Part shown: in pieces, positions 24,647-37,691 of the stretch | How positions within the stretch are numbered: the first letter of the stretch is position 1 | How the letters are laid out: the number at the start of each line of letters is the position of its first letter | NCBI GenBank assembly: GCA_000708835.1 | Contig: DF236954.1 | Span: 174,052-238,051, forward strand | Direction of reading: 5' to 3' | Length of the DNA stretch: 64,000 nt | From: Klebsormidium nitens | Taxonomy: Eukaryota; Plantae; Klebsormidiophyceae | The notes under the pieces: model-generated | What the model saw: the letters and a program-made list of their open reading frames with translations, nothing else | What the model was told of the DNA's origin: nothing | The model's database searches: none | Translations under genes and position numbers: made by a program

Positions 24647-25721
24647 CTAAGCTCCAGACTGATGTACTGTTCGTTCAGTTTCGTTAGCCTTTATCAAAGC
24701 CAGTCCGGAACCTCGTGCTCGACTATGTGCAAAAAGTCTTCTGAGTTCTGGTACGTTGCATTCGTCGGTAACACACACCGCTATAGCACAACCACAAGCA
24801 TATTGGGAAGATGTTTGGCTCAAGTTGCTTCCACCTTCGGCACCAAAACTGCTACTCTCTTTGGGCCAATTCCATGTTGCTGACATGCGAGCCAGGGATC
24901 TCGAGATCTGCTTGGGTTTTATGAGATCCCCCGTAGTTCTGAACTGGTAGAAGCGAGAATTTTCGGTACTAAACGTTTCAACAAATAGACCAATCCTTGT
25001 CCAATTACCCGCAGCCTCCCAATTCAGCAGAACCTTCATTTTCCCATCTTGCTTGCGCATGAGCTTCCAAGAGAAAATCATGCCGTCTCGCTTGAGCTTT
25101 CTGTCCAGGGCACGGCAAGCCCGGGCCTGCTCCCGCAAAACTGAATTACAGGCCTTGCTGTATAGGTTCATCTCCACTCGTCTCAGGGAGTTACGATCCC
25201 AGTGTTCTTCTCCCTCCGGTTCGCACTCCGCTCGCACAACTGCCCGACATACACCCGTGTACTCATCGAATTCCTCGTCATCCTGGAAGCCTTGGACTGA
25301 AGGGTCCAGCTCCTTGCCGTCAGCTGAACAAAATACCACGCCCTTGCCTTCCACGTGAATGTCCATCAGCATGAGAAAGTCTGAGAGGTCCAGAATCTTC
25401 TCAGTTTCCGCTCCTTTTGGCGCAAACGGTGAGGTCTGTCCTGTTTAATGAATGGCTTGTTTTTGCTGCTAGCTTGAGCCACAGCTCCTTGTAGCTGCCA
25501 GTACGCCCCTTCTCTGCGCGTGTGCCATAGTGCGCGCTCACGAGCTCCTTTGCTGGGGAGGTCGTCAGAGAAGGACAGTTGCGCTCACACCAGATCTTCC
25601 AGACACTGCTTTGTTCCACTAACGCTCTCAGAGTCCTTGAGAGGACGGCCAGACTGCAGGCTTCAGCTTCTGTAACTTTACTTAGCACCTGGTCAGAGAC
25701 ATACGCATCCAGCATCTCCAT
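24647..25721 (-). pseudogene. F-box protein pseudogene (paralog A)
   Basis: N-terminal F-box MEMLDAYVSDQVLSKVTEAEACSLAVLSRTLRALVEQSSVWKIWC. Frameshift at ~25400 between ORFs 25401-25730 and 24647-25372. A second frameshift and stop near 24815-24780 relative to paralog C, whose terminal ...DWL* is recovered in another frame. Confidence 0.8.
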
Positions 25722-25859
25722 GATCCGCACGATTCTCCACAGCGCTTATGTACAGCTGAGCAGTGAGAATGCACAGAAATTGAAGAGCGCGCCCCGAAGG
25801 CTAAGCGTCCAAGCTACTGTAGACTACCGCTTTGTCGGTCGAATTCACCCGGGCCCGGT

Positions 25860-25995
25860 CGGCGGCCGCGCGCCGCGGCAGTGCTCGACCGCGGGGGTTT
25901 GACGTCTAAACCCCCGGTCGGAAGGGCCGGGGTTTGATCGAGATTTAAGCGGTACATAGTAACCTCACGCGCACTGCGGCCGCGAGGTCGAAACG
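25860..25995. promoter_or_regulatory. Symmetric bidirectional promoter core between F-box A and B
   Basis: Inverted GCACTGC motifs (gcggcagtgc ... gcactgcggccgcgaggtcgaa) flank a central hairpin gggggttt-gacgtct-aaaccccc (25895-25917). The same layout recurs at 29480-29600. Confidence 0.5.
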
Positions 25996-26297
25996 GCTCC
26001 GGTTGGGGCAGACTCCAGAGCTGCTTTCTGACGCGCAGCGCACTACTCCAGAAGTTTGACCAGCAGCTGAAGTTCTTATGCCGGAGGACGTGTGCAAAGT
26101 GGCTGGGCAAATGAAGTAGCTGCGGGATATTGATTTCTGCAAACTTCAGGGACCTGAACCTTTTAGGCTGCAAGCAGAGGCACAGATTGGCGGAGGAAGG
26201 AGCAGTCTTGCAACCCTTTGCTAGTAACACTGCTCTCAGAATTCTGTTTGCACCCAGGATCTAAAAGACGGGGGATGCAGTGGCAACTGTGGGGAAG

Positions 26298-27350
26298 ATG
26301 GAGCACCTTGATGCCCCCACGTTTGACCACCTGCTGAGCTTCTTGACGCCAAAGGACGCCTGCAAGCTGGCCGTGCAGTCAAAAGGGCTGTACGAAGCGG
26401 TGGGTGACAGCCTGCACTGGAAGACGTGGTGTGAAGAAGATAGTCCCTCTCTCAAGACTTCCCCTGCAAGGGAGCTCGCGGCCGCGCACTACGGGGCCGC
26501 GGCCTGCGCGCGCGCCACTTACAAGCAGCCCTTTTTAAAGCTATCGAAGAGGCGCTCAGGGCTAAAGAACACCAAGGCGCGAAGCTGCAGCTGCAATGAT
26601 GAGACGCCCTTGGAGCTCTCGGCTTACGTCATGCTGATGGACGTGTATGTGGGGGGTAGAGGCCTCCTGTTTTGTTCAACAGAGTGCACGGTTTCTGACT
26701 TTGGTCGCCAGCGTGAAGGCTGGATGTCGCCTTGGCAACTCACCGTGAGGAATGTCTGCAAGGAAGATAAGAACGGAACGCTTGCAACGGAAGCGGAACG
26801 CGAGCTGAGCTCTGCCTTACAGCAGATTCCAAGTGGCAATCCTGACGGGGTGCCCGAGGGGCCGCACTGGCTCCCGTCTCAGAACTTGCCGCTGTACGAG
26901 CAAGGAAACGTTCTGTTCTCCTGGAAGCTCATGCGCAAGACGGATGGAAAGATTCAGATCCTGCTAGACCGGAAGCCCGTCCGATCCCGGAAAGACTTTG
27001 GCTTTCGCCGGACTAATGCTCATGAGCCCATGGCGTGCGAGAGCAGCTTCGAAACCGCCAACGTTCTGCGTGACGGAAGCGGAACGGAATGGACGACCTT
27101 TCAGGCGCTGATGCGTTTGTGCTGCCGTCAGACCGTGACGGACGAAAGGGCACTGGAGCTGCGGCCCGGGAGGAACTTGAGAGTTGCTGACGATCCCCAT
27201 GCTCTGACAGGATTTTACGTGGTTTTGGGGATAGCACGTAGCAACTATCTCAACGCAGAGTTACGGACGAACTTGAAGAACGAGTTTCAAGTTGCAAACG
27301 AACTGGATGTTAAGATGCTACTCAAGAATGTGCTGCGCCAGTGGATGTGA
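26298..27350 (+). CDS. F-box protein (paralog B), single coding exon
   Basis: MEHLDAPTFDHLLSFLTPKDACKLAVQSKGLYEAVGDSLHWKTWC is an F-box. The C-terminal motifs YVMLMDVYVGG.GLLFCS and LFSWKLMRK.DGK are shared by all four paralogs and resemble the plant At2g27310-like F-box family (from memory). Confidence 0.85.
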   Translation: MEHLDAPTFDHLLSFLTPKDACKLAVQSKGLYEAVGDSLHWKTWCEEDSPSLKTSPARELAAAHYGAAACARATYKQPFLKLSKRRSGLKNTKARSCSCNDETPLELSAYVMLMDVYVGGRGLLFCSTECTVSDFGRQREGWMSPWQLTVRNVCKEDKNGTLATEAERELSSALQQIPSGNPDGVPEGPHWLPSQNLPLYEQGNVLFSWKLMRKTDGKIQILLDRKPVRSRKDFGFRRTNAHEPMACESSFETANVLRDGSGTEWTTFQALMRLCCRQTVTDERALELRPGRNLRVADDPHALTGFYVVLGIARSNYLNAELRTNLKNEFQVANELDVKMLLKNVLRQWM

Positions 27351-28368
27351 CGGAGTATTGCAGAGGCATTGAAGGTATGATCAGATTGACAACTAGCTAG
27401 CTATAGGCGGTTGTTCTTCCAGAAGGGCTTCGTAATCGTTCGTACGGGCACCTAAGACAATAAAAGGTCAAAGACACGGTATCATTCAGCAACCGACAAT
27501 AGCAGATTTATTCGAGCTTTGGAGTGTGTCGAATCTCGAAGCGCCAAGCTTCTGGTGCATGATACGACTGATGTTATTTACTACAGGTATACCCGGATCC
27601 TAAGGTGGCTTGTTTATATTGTTCTGGATGCTTCAGCCGTCCGAGTTGTAACAGCGTGAAGCCGTTTGACTATTCGTCACATCGCCTCATTATTAGCACT
27701 TACAGTACGCTTATCGACTGACAAAATTCGTTACTTCGTTCCTGCGCTTGGACGCATGCTTCAAATGTCCATTGATTTGCCCTTCAGCGCCCCAGGTAGT
27801 CCATCCAAGCATTGAATGTTCCTGAGAGTTTTGTGATGAACGGAAGTGGCGACAGTCCTATGCATCACCGTGACTTCCATGATGCGGATCTCTAGACAAG
27901 CCGAGGAGTGTTCCGTGGACATTACCAGTACATTTTCAACTAACCTCACGTGACATTCATCAGCTAGGATTTGTGGTATATCGCGGCATCAGGGCACGCT
28001 GAGAAGCGGTTTAGTCAAAGTGACAACGGTCAGGATGCAAGGCAAAAGCACCAAGAACCGAACCGCCCTCTTGCCAAAAGACTGTTTCCAAACTTCCAGT
28101 CGCAACAGACTCAAAGACCCTGCGATGGGCGTTACTGTGCACCGGAAGCGGACTTGAAAACTCCGATAAGCAGATTCAAAGCAGGTCTCAAAGGTGGTCA
28201 GGCTTTGCTAGTCGCCATCTGAAACAGGTAGGGATGATACGATCTGGCATGGCGACAGTCATATCGATCGAGTTCGTTCAAAAGCCTGGCCCTTGCATCA
28301 CTGCGTATGCCAGCAAACAACATCTCCAGATTGTAGCAACGATGGTCAAAGCTACTAGCTAGCCTTCG

Positions 28369-29378
28369 TCAAAGCCAGTCGAGTGAAGTCTGATACTCGA
28401 CTACGTTCGAAAATTCATCTGGGTATTTGACGTCCGTTCCGCATTCAGCACGAATGCCCACCATTCCGTCAACGATTGCAGCAACACGGGACACTTTCAT
28501 GTTCGGAATGTTGCTTCCGCGCCGCGGATAATAACGTTCGCTTGGCCAACACCAGTTTGCGAACATGGAAGCCTGGAATTTTGACACCGCCTCGAGCTTG
28601 TTGAGGTCTCCTCTGGAGGAAAAGAAGAACGAAGTTGAACGGCTCGACCCGCCCGGAAGCACATGCAGTTTCCCCCACGCAGGTGCCTGATCGAGCAGAA
28701 TCTTGATCTTTCCATCTTTCTTGCGCATGAGCTTCCAGGAGAAAGTCATGCCGTTCCACTTGAGCTCTCTTTCAGCGATGGAGAGATCCCCCATTGACGT
28801 ACTGGGCGGCTGACATTGTACAGTATCGAAAAACCGTCTCATGGAAGTGAAGTCCCAGTATTGGTGTCCTTCGGGCTCGCACTCCGCACTTTCGCCCGGG
28901 ACATCTGCTTGCACATGTCAAGGTCTACTTCTTTTTGAAGGCCCTGGACCGATGGGGCCAGATCCCCGCCTTCAGCTGAACAAAACACGACGCCTTTGTC
29001 TTCTAAACAAACGTCCATCAGCATGATAAAGTCAGAGGATTCAATATACTCTTTTGCTGCCAATCCTGTATGATTGCACGTCCTGGATTCTGTCTCTTCC
29101 AAGGAACTGCTTCGACCCTTAGTTGCTAGCTTGAGAAACAGCTTCCTGTAACCACTGCGCCCAAAATCTGCGGCGCGCGCGCCGTAGTGCGCGCTCACGA
29201 GCTCCTTTGCCGGCGAGGTCTTCAGAGAAGGACAGTCGCGCTCACACCAAATCTTCCAGCATGTGCTCTCTTCCACTGACGCTCTTAGAGTCTTTGAGAG
29301 GACGGCCAGACTGCAGGCTTCAGCTGCTGTAAGGTGCTTCAACACCTGGTCAAAGACATGCCCATCCAAAGTCTCCAT
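28369..29378 (-). pseudogene. F-box protein pseudogene (paralog C)
   Basis: F-box N-terminus METLDGHVFDQVLKHLTAAEACSLAVLSK. A 4-nt deletion near 28890 relative to paralog A (gtgcg-agcg-gagtgc vs gtgcg-gagtgc) splits it into ORFs 28839-29378 and 28369-28914. Confidence 0.8.
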
Positions 29379-29479
29379 GATTGGCAGGCGTTGCTTTGGT
29401 GAAGGCGGCCGAAACTAGCTAAAGAAGAATGAACGTGTCAAGCACAGAGCGAGGGCTTCCGACCGCGCTGTCCATGACG

Positions 29480-29600
29480 GTTGCGCGCCGCGGGCGCACT
29501 GCTCGACGTCGCCTTAAGGTTCGGACCGAAACCTCTGAGCAGCCCGGCCGCGGGCCTATACTTGACGGCCGCGCACTGCGGCCGCGAGGTCGAAGCTCAG
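29480..29600. promoter_or_regulatory. Symmetric bidirectional promoter core between F-box C and D
   Basis: Shares cgcgcactgcggccgcgaggtcgaa (29571-29595) exactly with 25968-25992. Central hairpin aggtt-cggaccg-a-aacct (29517-29534). Confidence 0.5.
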
Positions 29601-29624
29601 CTGCGGGCCGCCAACGCTAGAAAC

Positions 29625-31056
29625 ATGAGGCTTCTAGAACAAGCTGGCAAAAGCTGTGAGAATACTCCAGACGTATCCTGAAAAGTGCTCTCGTCCTAGT
29701 AGGACCTAGGCTGACGTACCATCTGATATATATATATGCAGACACCTGCATGAGTACTTGAGCTGCATGTTGATTTCCATTCGTCTGGTGATCAGCGTGA
29801 TTATGCGGGTCAAGGGCATAGCAAGAAAATCTGCTCTGGGAGGGAGCTTACTTGTCTTCTTCTGCTGAAAGCGCAGACCAATTGCAGCAGGAAGAGCCAG
29901 ATTTGAGTCCGGAGTAGTACATGAGGCTGATTTGCTCAGCAGCGTCAGCTTTTGTTTATTAGCCGAAAGGGGAGACAGGTGACGCATAGGCACAGGAAAG
30001 TTGGAAGCCCTGGACGCGCCACTTTTGGACCATCTGCTGAGCTTCCTTACACCGAACGAAGCGTGCAAGCTGGCAGTCTGTTCCAAAACGCTCAAGGGGC
30101 TGATCGACACAAGCCTGCTTTGGAAGACCTGGTGCGAGCGTGAGTGCCCCTCGCTTACGACTTCCCCAGCTCGGGAGCTTGTGCGCGCGCACTATGGCGC
30201 AGAAGGTGACGTCAGACACAAACAGCTTTACGCAAAGCTGGGGAAGCAGCGGTGCGACAAGATTGTTTCCAACGCAAGCGAATGCATCTCCAAAAGTAAG
30301 AAAAAGGAGGTGGAGCTGTCGGATTACGTCATGCTGATGGACGTGCACGTCGGAGGGGAGGGCCTCCTGTTCTGCTCAGCGGAGGGCAGCGAAATGGATC
30401 CGAATTTCCAAGGCCGCCAGGAAGACTGGGAGTTTGAGAATCACGGAGATCGCAACTGCATGGCGGTTGTAACCGGGATGCTGGAACCGGGAGCTCAGGA
30501 GCGCATCGTTTCCGCTTTCCAGGAGGTCGGTAGGAACCACCATGATAAGGGGTATCGTTCAGAGGCCCCGGCGCGGCTGAGCCTGCTCGAACAGGACGTA
30601 ATCCTGTTTTCATGGAGGCTCATGCGCAAGGCAGACGGGGCGATGCAGGTTCTGCTTGACCAAGAGCCGGTGACTGTGAAGGATCAGGGCGCACAACCTT
30701 ACCATATGTGCATGGAGGAGGTTCATAAGCCCGGGGTCCCCTATCATCTGCGTTTGGAAGCCAAAAGGGCCGTGTCGGATGGAGAGGGGGTAGAGTGGGA
30801 CCACTTTCAGACTTTGATGCGCATGAGATGTTACTTCAAGAACCCCCACGGGGATGGAAGCGTAGGTTTCACGACAAGAATGGCTGCCCTGAGGGCTTGG
30901 GATCCGCCTGCTGCGGAGTCGCGGGGGTTCTCGGTGGAAGTGGGGATTGTCACATACTGCGGCGGACATCCTGACGATGAGTACCTTATTTGGCAGTACG
31001 TGGAGGACTTTGACTTCAGGTTTCTGCTCAAGAATGTCCTTCGAAGGTGGTTCTGA
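29625..31056 (+). CDS. F-box protein (paralog D)
   Basis: Intact ORF 30001-31056 (LEALDAPLLDHLLSFLTPNEACKLAVCSK...). The paralogous ATG is TTG here. A plausible upstream exon 29625-29655 (ATG...AGC T|GTGAGA) splices in frame to 29990. Confidence 0.8.
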
Positions 31057-32033
31057 AAAGCTAGAACAAAAACGGGTGTACTTTTGTGCTACGAAAAGAA
31101 GCGTCAGGGTGCATGGATGTACCAAAGTGGGCCGTAGCTTAAAAACCGCAAACAGTGCTGTCCATACTTTCAGCGAGTTCGGTTCGATTCAATTGCTCTA
31201 TAGGGAGGGTCCAAAGTTGCAAAGGAAAAACCGAGTGCTTCAACAGATTTGAGTCCTAGGTCTTGAGTCTCAAAATGTACTCATCGGTTCTCGGACTAGC
31301 ACTGCAATCGAAGATGAGATTGATCAGGTATCATTCTGCAGATACAGAACTCTTCGACTTGGTGGCGGTCACTAGCTCGTTGAACACTCTACGACTGATG
31401 TTGTTTGCTGCAACGCACGTACGGTGACCTGATAGCTTGCCAGTTGCAAGCTGCATATATCATATAGGTACACCGTCATGTGTATTTGCAATGATCATCA
31501 TGCATTCGATGCAAACGGGTTGGTCCCGCGGGTCCACATGTCCTCGCAATTGTCTGAGCGGATTCAACCAGGCAAGTGGTATTCAATTATGGCCGGAGCC
31601 AGAGTGGCACATGCGATAAGTCATCCGGTGATTCCGGCCCTATGAAGGCACTCATTGGCATCAGCGAGGTAGACTCAAATGCACGTTTGATTTAAGCGAA
31701 AGCGATCGGAAAACAACTTCCTTTCATAGTTCTGAATCTGACAAGGCTCTCACTGTTTTGTAGGCTTCAACGCTTACAGATAAAAGTCGGTGGAGGCGTC
31801 CATGTTCTCTACTGAAAATATACGTTTGACAATCTAATCGGCTTATAAACATGTGTTCTCGGGCGGAGCCGGCTGTCTCAAGGTGTACAATTTGCGTTTC
31901 AGCTTTCGTGTGGGGGCGGCAATGTGCCACGTCTCCCTTATCATTCACTCAGCAACCGGTCAACTGACTCCACATGTACCTTGATCTTCGCAGCGCATAT
32001 CTATGCACACCATGTATACCTCTTTGATCTCTC

Positions 32034-35000
32034 TCACGCCGCATTCGAAACCTTCCTTTCGGCTTCCATCCCATGACCAAACAACTCCTTCTTTGCTACG
32101 CACGGGTGGGAAATCCACCGGCAGTAAACGACCGCTGCGCCCACCACCGAGGCCATTGACAGCGCCGCAAGCGCGCCGAAGTTGCGCGGGTCCTCCGCGG
32201 CCATCGCGACCCCGAGCATGACCAGCTCGGCGAGGCTGCACAGCGAGAGCTCCGTGGTGCTGACTACGCTGCTGTGGGACTCGGGAATCGCGGTCTGGAA
32301 AACCTGCGTGTCGACCACGTCGTATGTCCACATGCCCAGGCGGGACAGCACCTGCAGGACGGGGGGTCACAGAAACGGGTTGGTTCGGGCTGAAAACGGA
32401 ATACAGAGCTACTCCTTAGGTGTTCAATGACCAAGCTAATATGAAGGCCGCTGATGGACACACGTTACCGATGGCCCAGACTTCCCTTGTCAACTTTGCT
32501 AACCTAATGGAGAGTGGTATCAAAATGCATCCGCGTGCTACATACATCTTTTGTGGAAGGGCAGCCCTTCATCGAAGCCAAAAGACATCATGTACTTTGG
32601 CGAAGCTAAGGCCTGAAGGCGACAAGAGACGCTTCGGAGACAACCACGCAGACAATTCAAGGATGAGACGGACCGACTGAAACAACCTAGGAATGAGAAG
32701 TTCGCTTGGTGCCGCAGGCCAATCCGAGGTGTCCAATGCGTTCTCGAAAGGGTGCTTCGTCACACTGGCCGACGAGCCGAAAAGAGAAAGGGCAAGAAAC
32801 AAGGGAAGGAGGGACTCACAATCAGCGCCAGGAACCCGACCATGAAAGCACCGCTCGCGGCGCCAGCCGGGCGGGCAATGTACACTGCCACGGAAAGGGC
32901 GAGGCAGGCCGCCTGGAAGCTGAGTGCGAATGCGCCCGCGTTCAGCAGGCCGACGCGCTCGATGATCCACGCGGAGCTGAACGTGGCGGCAAATCCGAAG
33001 AGCGCGCACGCGCCACGGAAGCCGCCGATCACTTGTGGGCTGATGCCTGCACGATTCGTACGGAACGAGTCAGGGGCTGAGAAAACAGGACTTCGACCAC
33101 CTTTATGACGGGCTTTGGGTGTATCTATCAGAGGGTAAAAAAAGAGAACGGTGCTCGAATTGAGAGCACAGACAATGAAGTGGTACGACCCAGTATCAAC
33201 CCCCAAGAGAAGAAAGACCGACTCAGATCACTTCATCTCTGGCTCCGCCAATCCCTCACAAGTAAAGCTTTGTTGTGCTCCGCCGTGGATTCGGAGGCTC
33301 CGCCGAGGATGAAAGCGGTTATTCTGTTCATTCAATCTGTTTCGAAAAAGAAGCAGTGCGCTGGACAAGAAAGCTTTCGCATCGTGCTGAGACTTTTCGA
33401 GGAGCCTGAACGCCAAGGCGTCTCCACTTGAACAATCTTTTGTAACTCACTCATTACAATTCCGTTTGATTATTAAGAATGGGCCACCTTCCACGACGCA
33501 GGCCAGAATGGTGTTGGGCAGCATGTTCTGCGCACTTCCAAAGAGATATCAGATTGCTGCCCCAAACCTTACCACGCCAACTCCACATCTATTCAATCCC
33601 CCCGCGCGAATTTAAAGTCTCGTCAGAATTCATAGAAGAACAAAATGACAGATGCTCTAGGACGCAGACTAGAGACTTCCGCAGCTGCGCACCTTGCGTC
33701 GTGAGGAATGACGTGATGAGCCCCCCCGGCGACAGCACCGCGTTGAAGAACAGCATCACGTACGCGATACTCGCGGGGAGCACCGGTTGCTGCAGGTATA
33801 ACCGCCAGCCGTTCTTGAGCGCTTCCAGAAAGCTCTTCCGTTTCGGGGGGGTCCCTTCCCTCGCGCGCTGCTCGAGCGAGTACCGGCGGAGAGCCCCCCG
33901 GGAGATTTTGTCGGTCAGGTGGATGAAGAACAGTTGGAGGGGGAGGAAGGCGGCAACGGCAGTGGCGGCGATCCCGAGGGACACGGCCGGGGTGAAGCGG
34001 GAGAGAACTAGACCGAGGGAGAACGGGCCGAAGATCTCGGAGCCGAGGTCGAGCCGCCGAAGGAGCGCGTTGGCCTCTGCGGAGAGACGAAGGTTACAGG
34101 GCTTTAGGAGCGGTGAAGACATATCGGCACGGATTAGAAAACTTTGGACCAGCTTGAGACGATTTTTACCCCGGTTCGTGACACCTTTCGAAGTGGGTTC
34201 GAAACCGGCCCAAAGAGTTCCTGCAGCTCATGGTTAAACGTCACAGATTCTTGTCGTCATCCTCCGACTCTCCGCCAAAAAGCTAGGCATCCAATTTTTA
34301 CAGGATCGCACTACCTACTAAAGACAGGTGTACTCTTGTCCAAGTGCAGTGTTGTGGCATATCCATGACGTAGATTTGATGAAGTCGGAGCAGAAGTAAT
34401 CTGTTCGAAAACGAGCTGTAAATAATTTCGAAAGTACCTCGATCCCATTTCGAATCAACAAACAATCTTACCTGCAAGAGCGATATGTCGATTTGGCCCA
34501 GCCAATTGCACCACCCAATCCCGCTCGTATGCAACGCCCGAGCCAATCCCGGCTAACCGTTCAACAACCCCCGCTAACGTGAGGAAGATGAACCAAGGCC
34601 GCCGGATGAGTTGACCAGCGGTTGCACAGGCAGAGGCGCCAGACTGAAAGGCGTAGAGGGTAACACACGCAGAGGCGACCATGGAGGTGACCTAACAAAA
34701 AAAGGCAAAACAGTGTCAAAAAGAGCAAACGTCTAGAAAGGAGCTGGGAAACTGACACAGGTGCCTATGACTCTTTTTGACAAAGAAGAGGTGAGGCGTC
34801 AGTGTTGCCATCAACGACCTTTGATTCCACTTCTGTGATATGATAATCAGGCACCCAAGACAGCTGGCCTGGTAAGAGGCATGGGCTGTACCTGAAATCT
34901 CAGCACTGCGTAAGAGGGGCGACCAAAACTTAAGGGGGAGAGCACATGCACAAACACCAATTTGCAGTTCATGACACAAAAAATTATGGGAAGTAGACAG

Positions 35001-37251
35001 GGCAGCAAACACATGAAGAAGGTTCCTCACTTGCATAGTGGCGAGTATTCTGAGAGCAGGTAACCGGGGGGTCTCATCCAGCAGGTCTCCAATGATTGGG
35101 CCCAGCGCAAACACGCCCACCTGTAAGGAACATGAACGTCGGATAAAGAGAGGCTGGACAAAGAAAGTAACCGCAAATGGACCTGAAAACCAATAGAGAG
35201 TCTCCTCAATCGACCTTGCACCGGCGATCGCGGCTGGGTTTTTGAATGCTGACGACAGTGGCTACACGAGCTTTCACCATCATCTTTGTAACTTTCTGTA
35301 AATCCAAAAACGTAGGGCCCCACGTACAAAGCCCAAAAAACATTGTTACGTCTAGCCAATTCAAGGGGCTCTGGTGGCTGCTGGAGGATTGTGAAAGCAG
35401 ACTGGCAAGAGCACTGGTTGACGCACTATTCGCTTCCAGGTTTGTGAGAAACTCGAAAACTAGCACTTGGAACCCGCTAACGTTCAATATCTACAAGCAC
35501 ATCTCGCTTTTCGCACTTTCTCATCAACCTTTGGGTCATAGTCAGAATTAAGTACCTGTCCCGCAAAACTGATGATAGCGATGGGTAACAAGCTGTTGCT
35601 GAGGAGCCCAATCACTGCTGGAACCGCAAACCGAAACGTTCGCTCAGCCGTACAGTTGGCGGTGTAAGCAGCAAACATCCCTGCAGAAAACCAGAGAAGT
35701 CAGAACCTGGTCAGTGGCGGGGATAGCAAAGCAGAGAGGTGAAGAATGCCGGCAAAGCCAAAATAGGTTCAGCGGAAAAAGAAACGTCCACACGATATGA
35801 GGAACTACGGATCACAACAAGGTTTTCTGGTATTGCCAGATGCTGCCAACCTTTTGAAATTTATGGAATCCTTCAAAGCAAGAAGTTTGAAATGACCGGA
35901 CAATCCATGGATGCGCGGCGAACTTGAAACCAAACACTCGAAAGTGTGAAAATGGAACTGAAGAAGTGGTTTGAAGATGCGCTTCCGCTAGTATGAGATG
36001 TTAGGACTGTTGCCAAGATGCAACTACTTGCAGAAAACGAAAAAGAAGGTCTCCGTGCAAACCAACAAAGAACTAATGAGTTTGTTGGATAGTACATTCA
36101 TGGCAGACGGATTAGAAACTGCAACGGGGCAAGTATGTTATCGGGGGTAGACCCCACTCTAACATTGTCTATCTAACTGTACAGGCACCTTTGGCTTCAT
36201 ATCAAGAAACGTTTGCCTCCCAAGCACTTTGCCGAACACATGAGACAACCCTTGAGACATGAACACAGAAACTAAAATCCTTTGTTGTTGCATCTCGAAT
36301 CCCCCAGTGACTGTTGTGCCCCAATGAGTTCCACTGTTTACTCAAGTCATGAAAGAGGGCCTAAGTCTTCCTTGGCGATATACAAGATAACCAGAAAACA
36401 GATCAACATAGATCATGGTCCATAAGGACTCTTGAAAATAAACTGCAACACAATACTCAGCACTCACATCGAAGCGCTTGCGGATGTGCTGGTGTCCGCG
36501 CCAGCTTCTCCTGCTCCTCTTTGGACTGAACCGGCACATTCGCAAGAATGACGTCCTCGTTCAACCCGAAGTCTTGCACCTCCTCTTCCAACCAGACACT
36601 CGAGCCCTCCGCCCCATAGTCTGCTGTTGTGATCACCAGGCCCGTCGAACAGCACACCCGAAGACTCCGTTCTCTTCTCTCCTGAACTTGTGCATCGCGC
36701 CGCAAACATCCGAGTCCGCTGGTTTGCCACACCCATGTGCTCTTCGAAAACCCTGGGCGACTGAGCGTTCTATGGCTCCTAAAGAGCTTATGGCCATCTC
36801 TTGACTGACGCGCAATGCAAGACACCGCTGTCTTGGTCCTCCGCTTGCATCTAACTCTAAATCCTGGTGACCCTCTCAAAAATGCTGCGCGCCCCCCAAC
36901 CTTTGCCGTGTCATGCCTGCTGCATTCAGGCTTTCCAAAATAACCATGTCCATCTGGTTTTCTGCAGATTGGCCTCCCAACCTCGCAGAAAAGATCGACG
37001 CCACGGTCGCCCGCAAAGTTCTGCAAAAGACCCCAGGGTGGCGATCTTGATCTGGGAAGGCTCCTAGGTAACTCCAACGAAGCAAGCCCGCGCTCAGCTC
37101 CTGAAGTGGTACAAGCTAGGCTGCCGGGATAGCAGTGCAGAAGCCTTTTTGCAGCGCCGCCGCAACCTGCTGTTCGGGTCCTTCTGCGGACTTCGGGAGC
37201 CCTCGCCAGCACTGTTGCATTGAGGCTGCTTGTGCAGCGAGCGGTAGCCAT
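32034..37251 (-). CDS. IREG3: Plastid ferroportin / SLC40-family transporter (IREG3/MAR1-like)
   Basis: Seven phase-consistent exons 37251-36468, 35680-35556, 35120-35031, 34691-34472, 34076-33693, 33046-32820 and 32351-32034. Motifs ERTFRFAVP, VERLAGIGSGVAYERDWVVQLAG, ANALLRRLDLGSEIFGP, PASIAYVML.FNAVLSPGGLITSFL, LSRLGMWTYDVVDTQVFQTAIP and TTELSLCSLAEL. Long transit-peptide-like exon 1. Confidence 0.93.
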
Positions 37252-37691
37252 TTTGTCTCATTTCAGAGCGCTTTTAGGGTGATTGAGTCAGCTCGACAAG
37301 AACCAGCAGCTACATCTAGTACAACCTGGAAGGAACCCAAAACTGATGTGCGCTACAAATCTTCAGCTCAACTATCTTCGATGGCTCAGAGAGTCCTCTA
37401 GAAGATTGATCTCTGCCGCCAGCTCATTGAAGCAGCAGAGCTTTCACCACATTCACACCTAAAACGATGAAACCAGACAGCGCCCAATGAAATGTGCAGA
37501 CTCGAACAGGAGGTAGGTAAATAGAGCTCTGGCAACGGTCTATTCACGGGCGCAGAAGAGATCTGCATCCACCACTGCGCAATCAGCTGCTGAAGTCTGA
37601 TGCAGAAACTTGAAGTTGAAAGCAGCTGACGAGCAGTGACGACAAGACAAACAGCGCCACAATCATTCCTGAATGCTGGGACACGGGCTAG

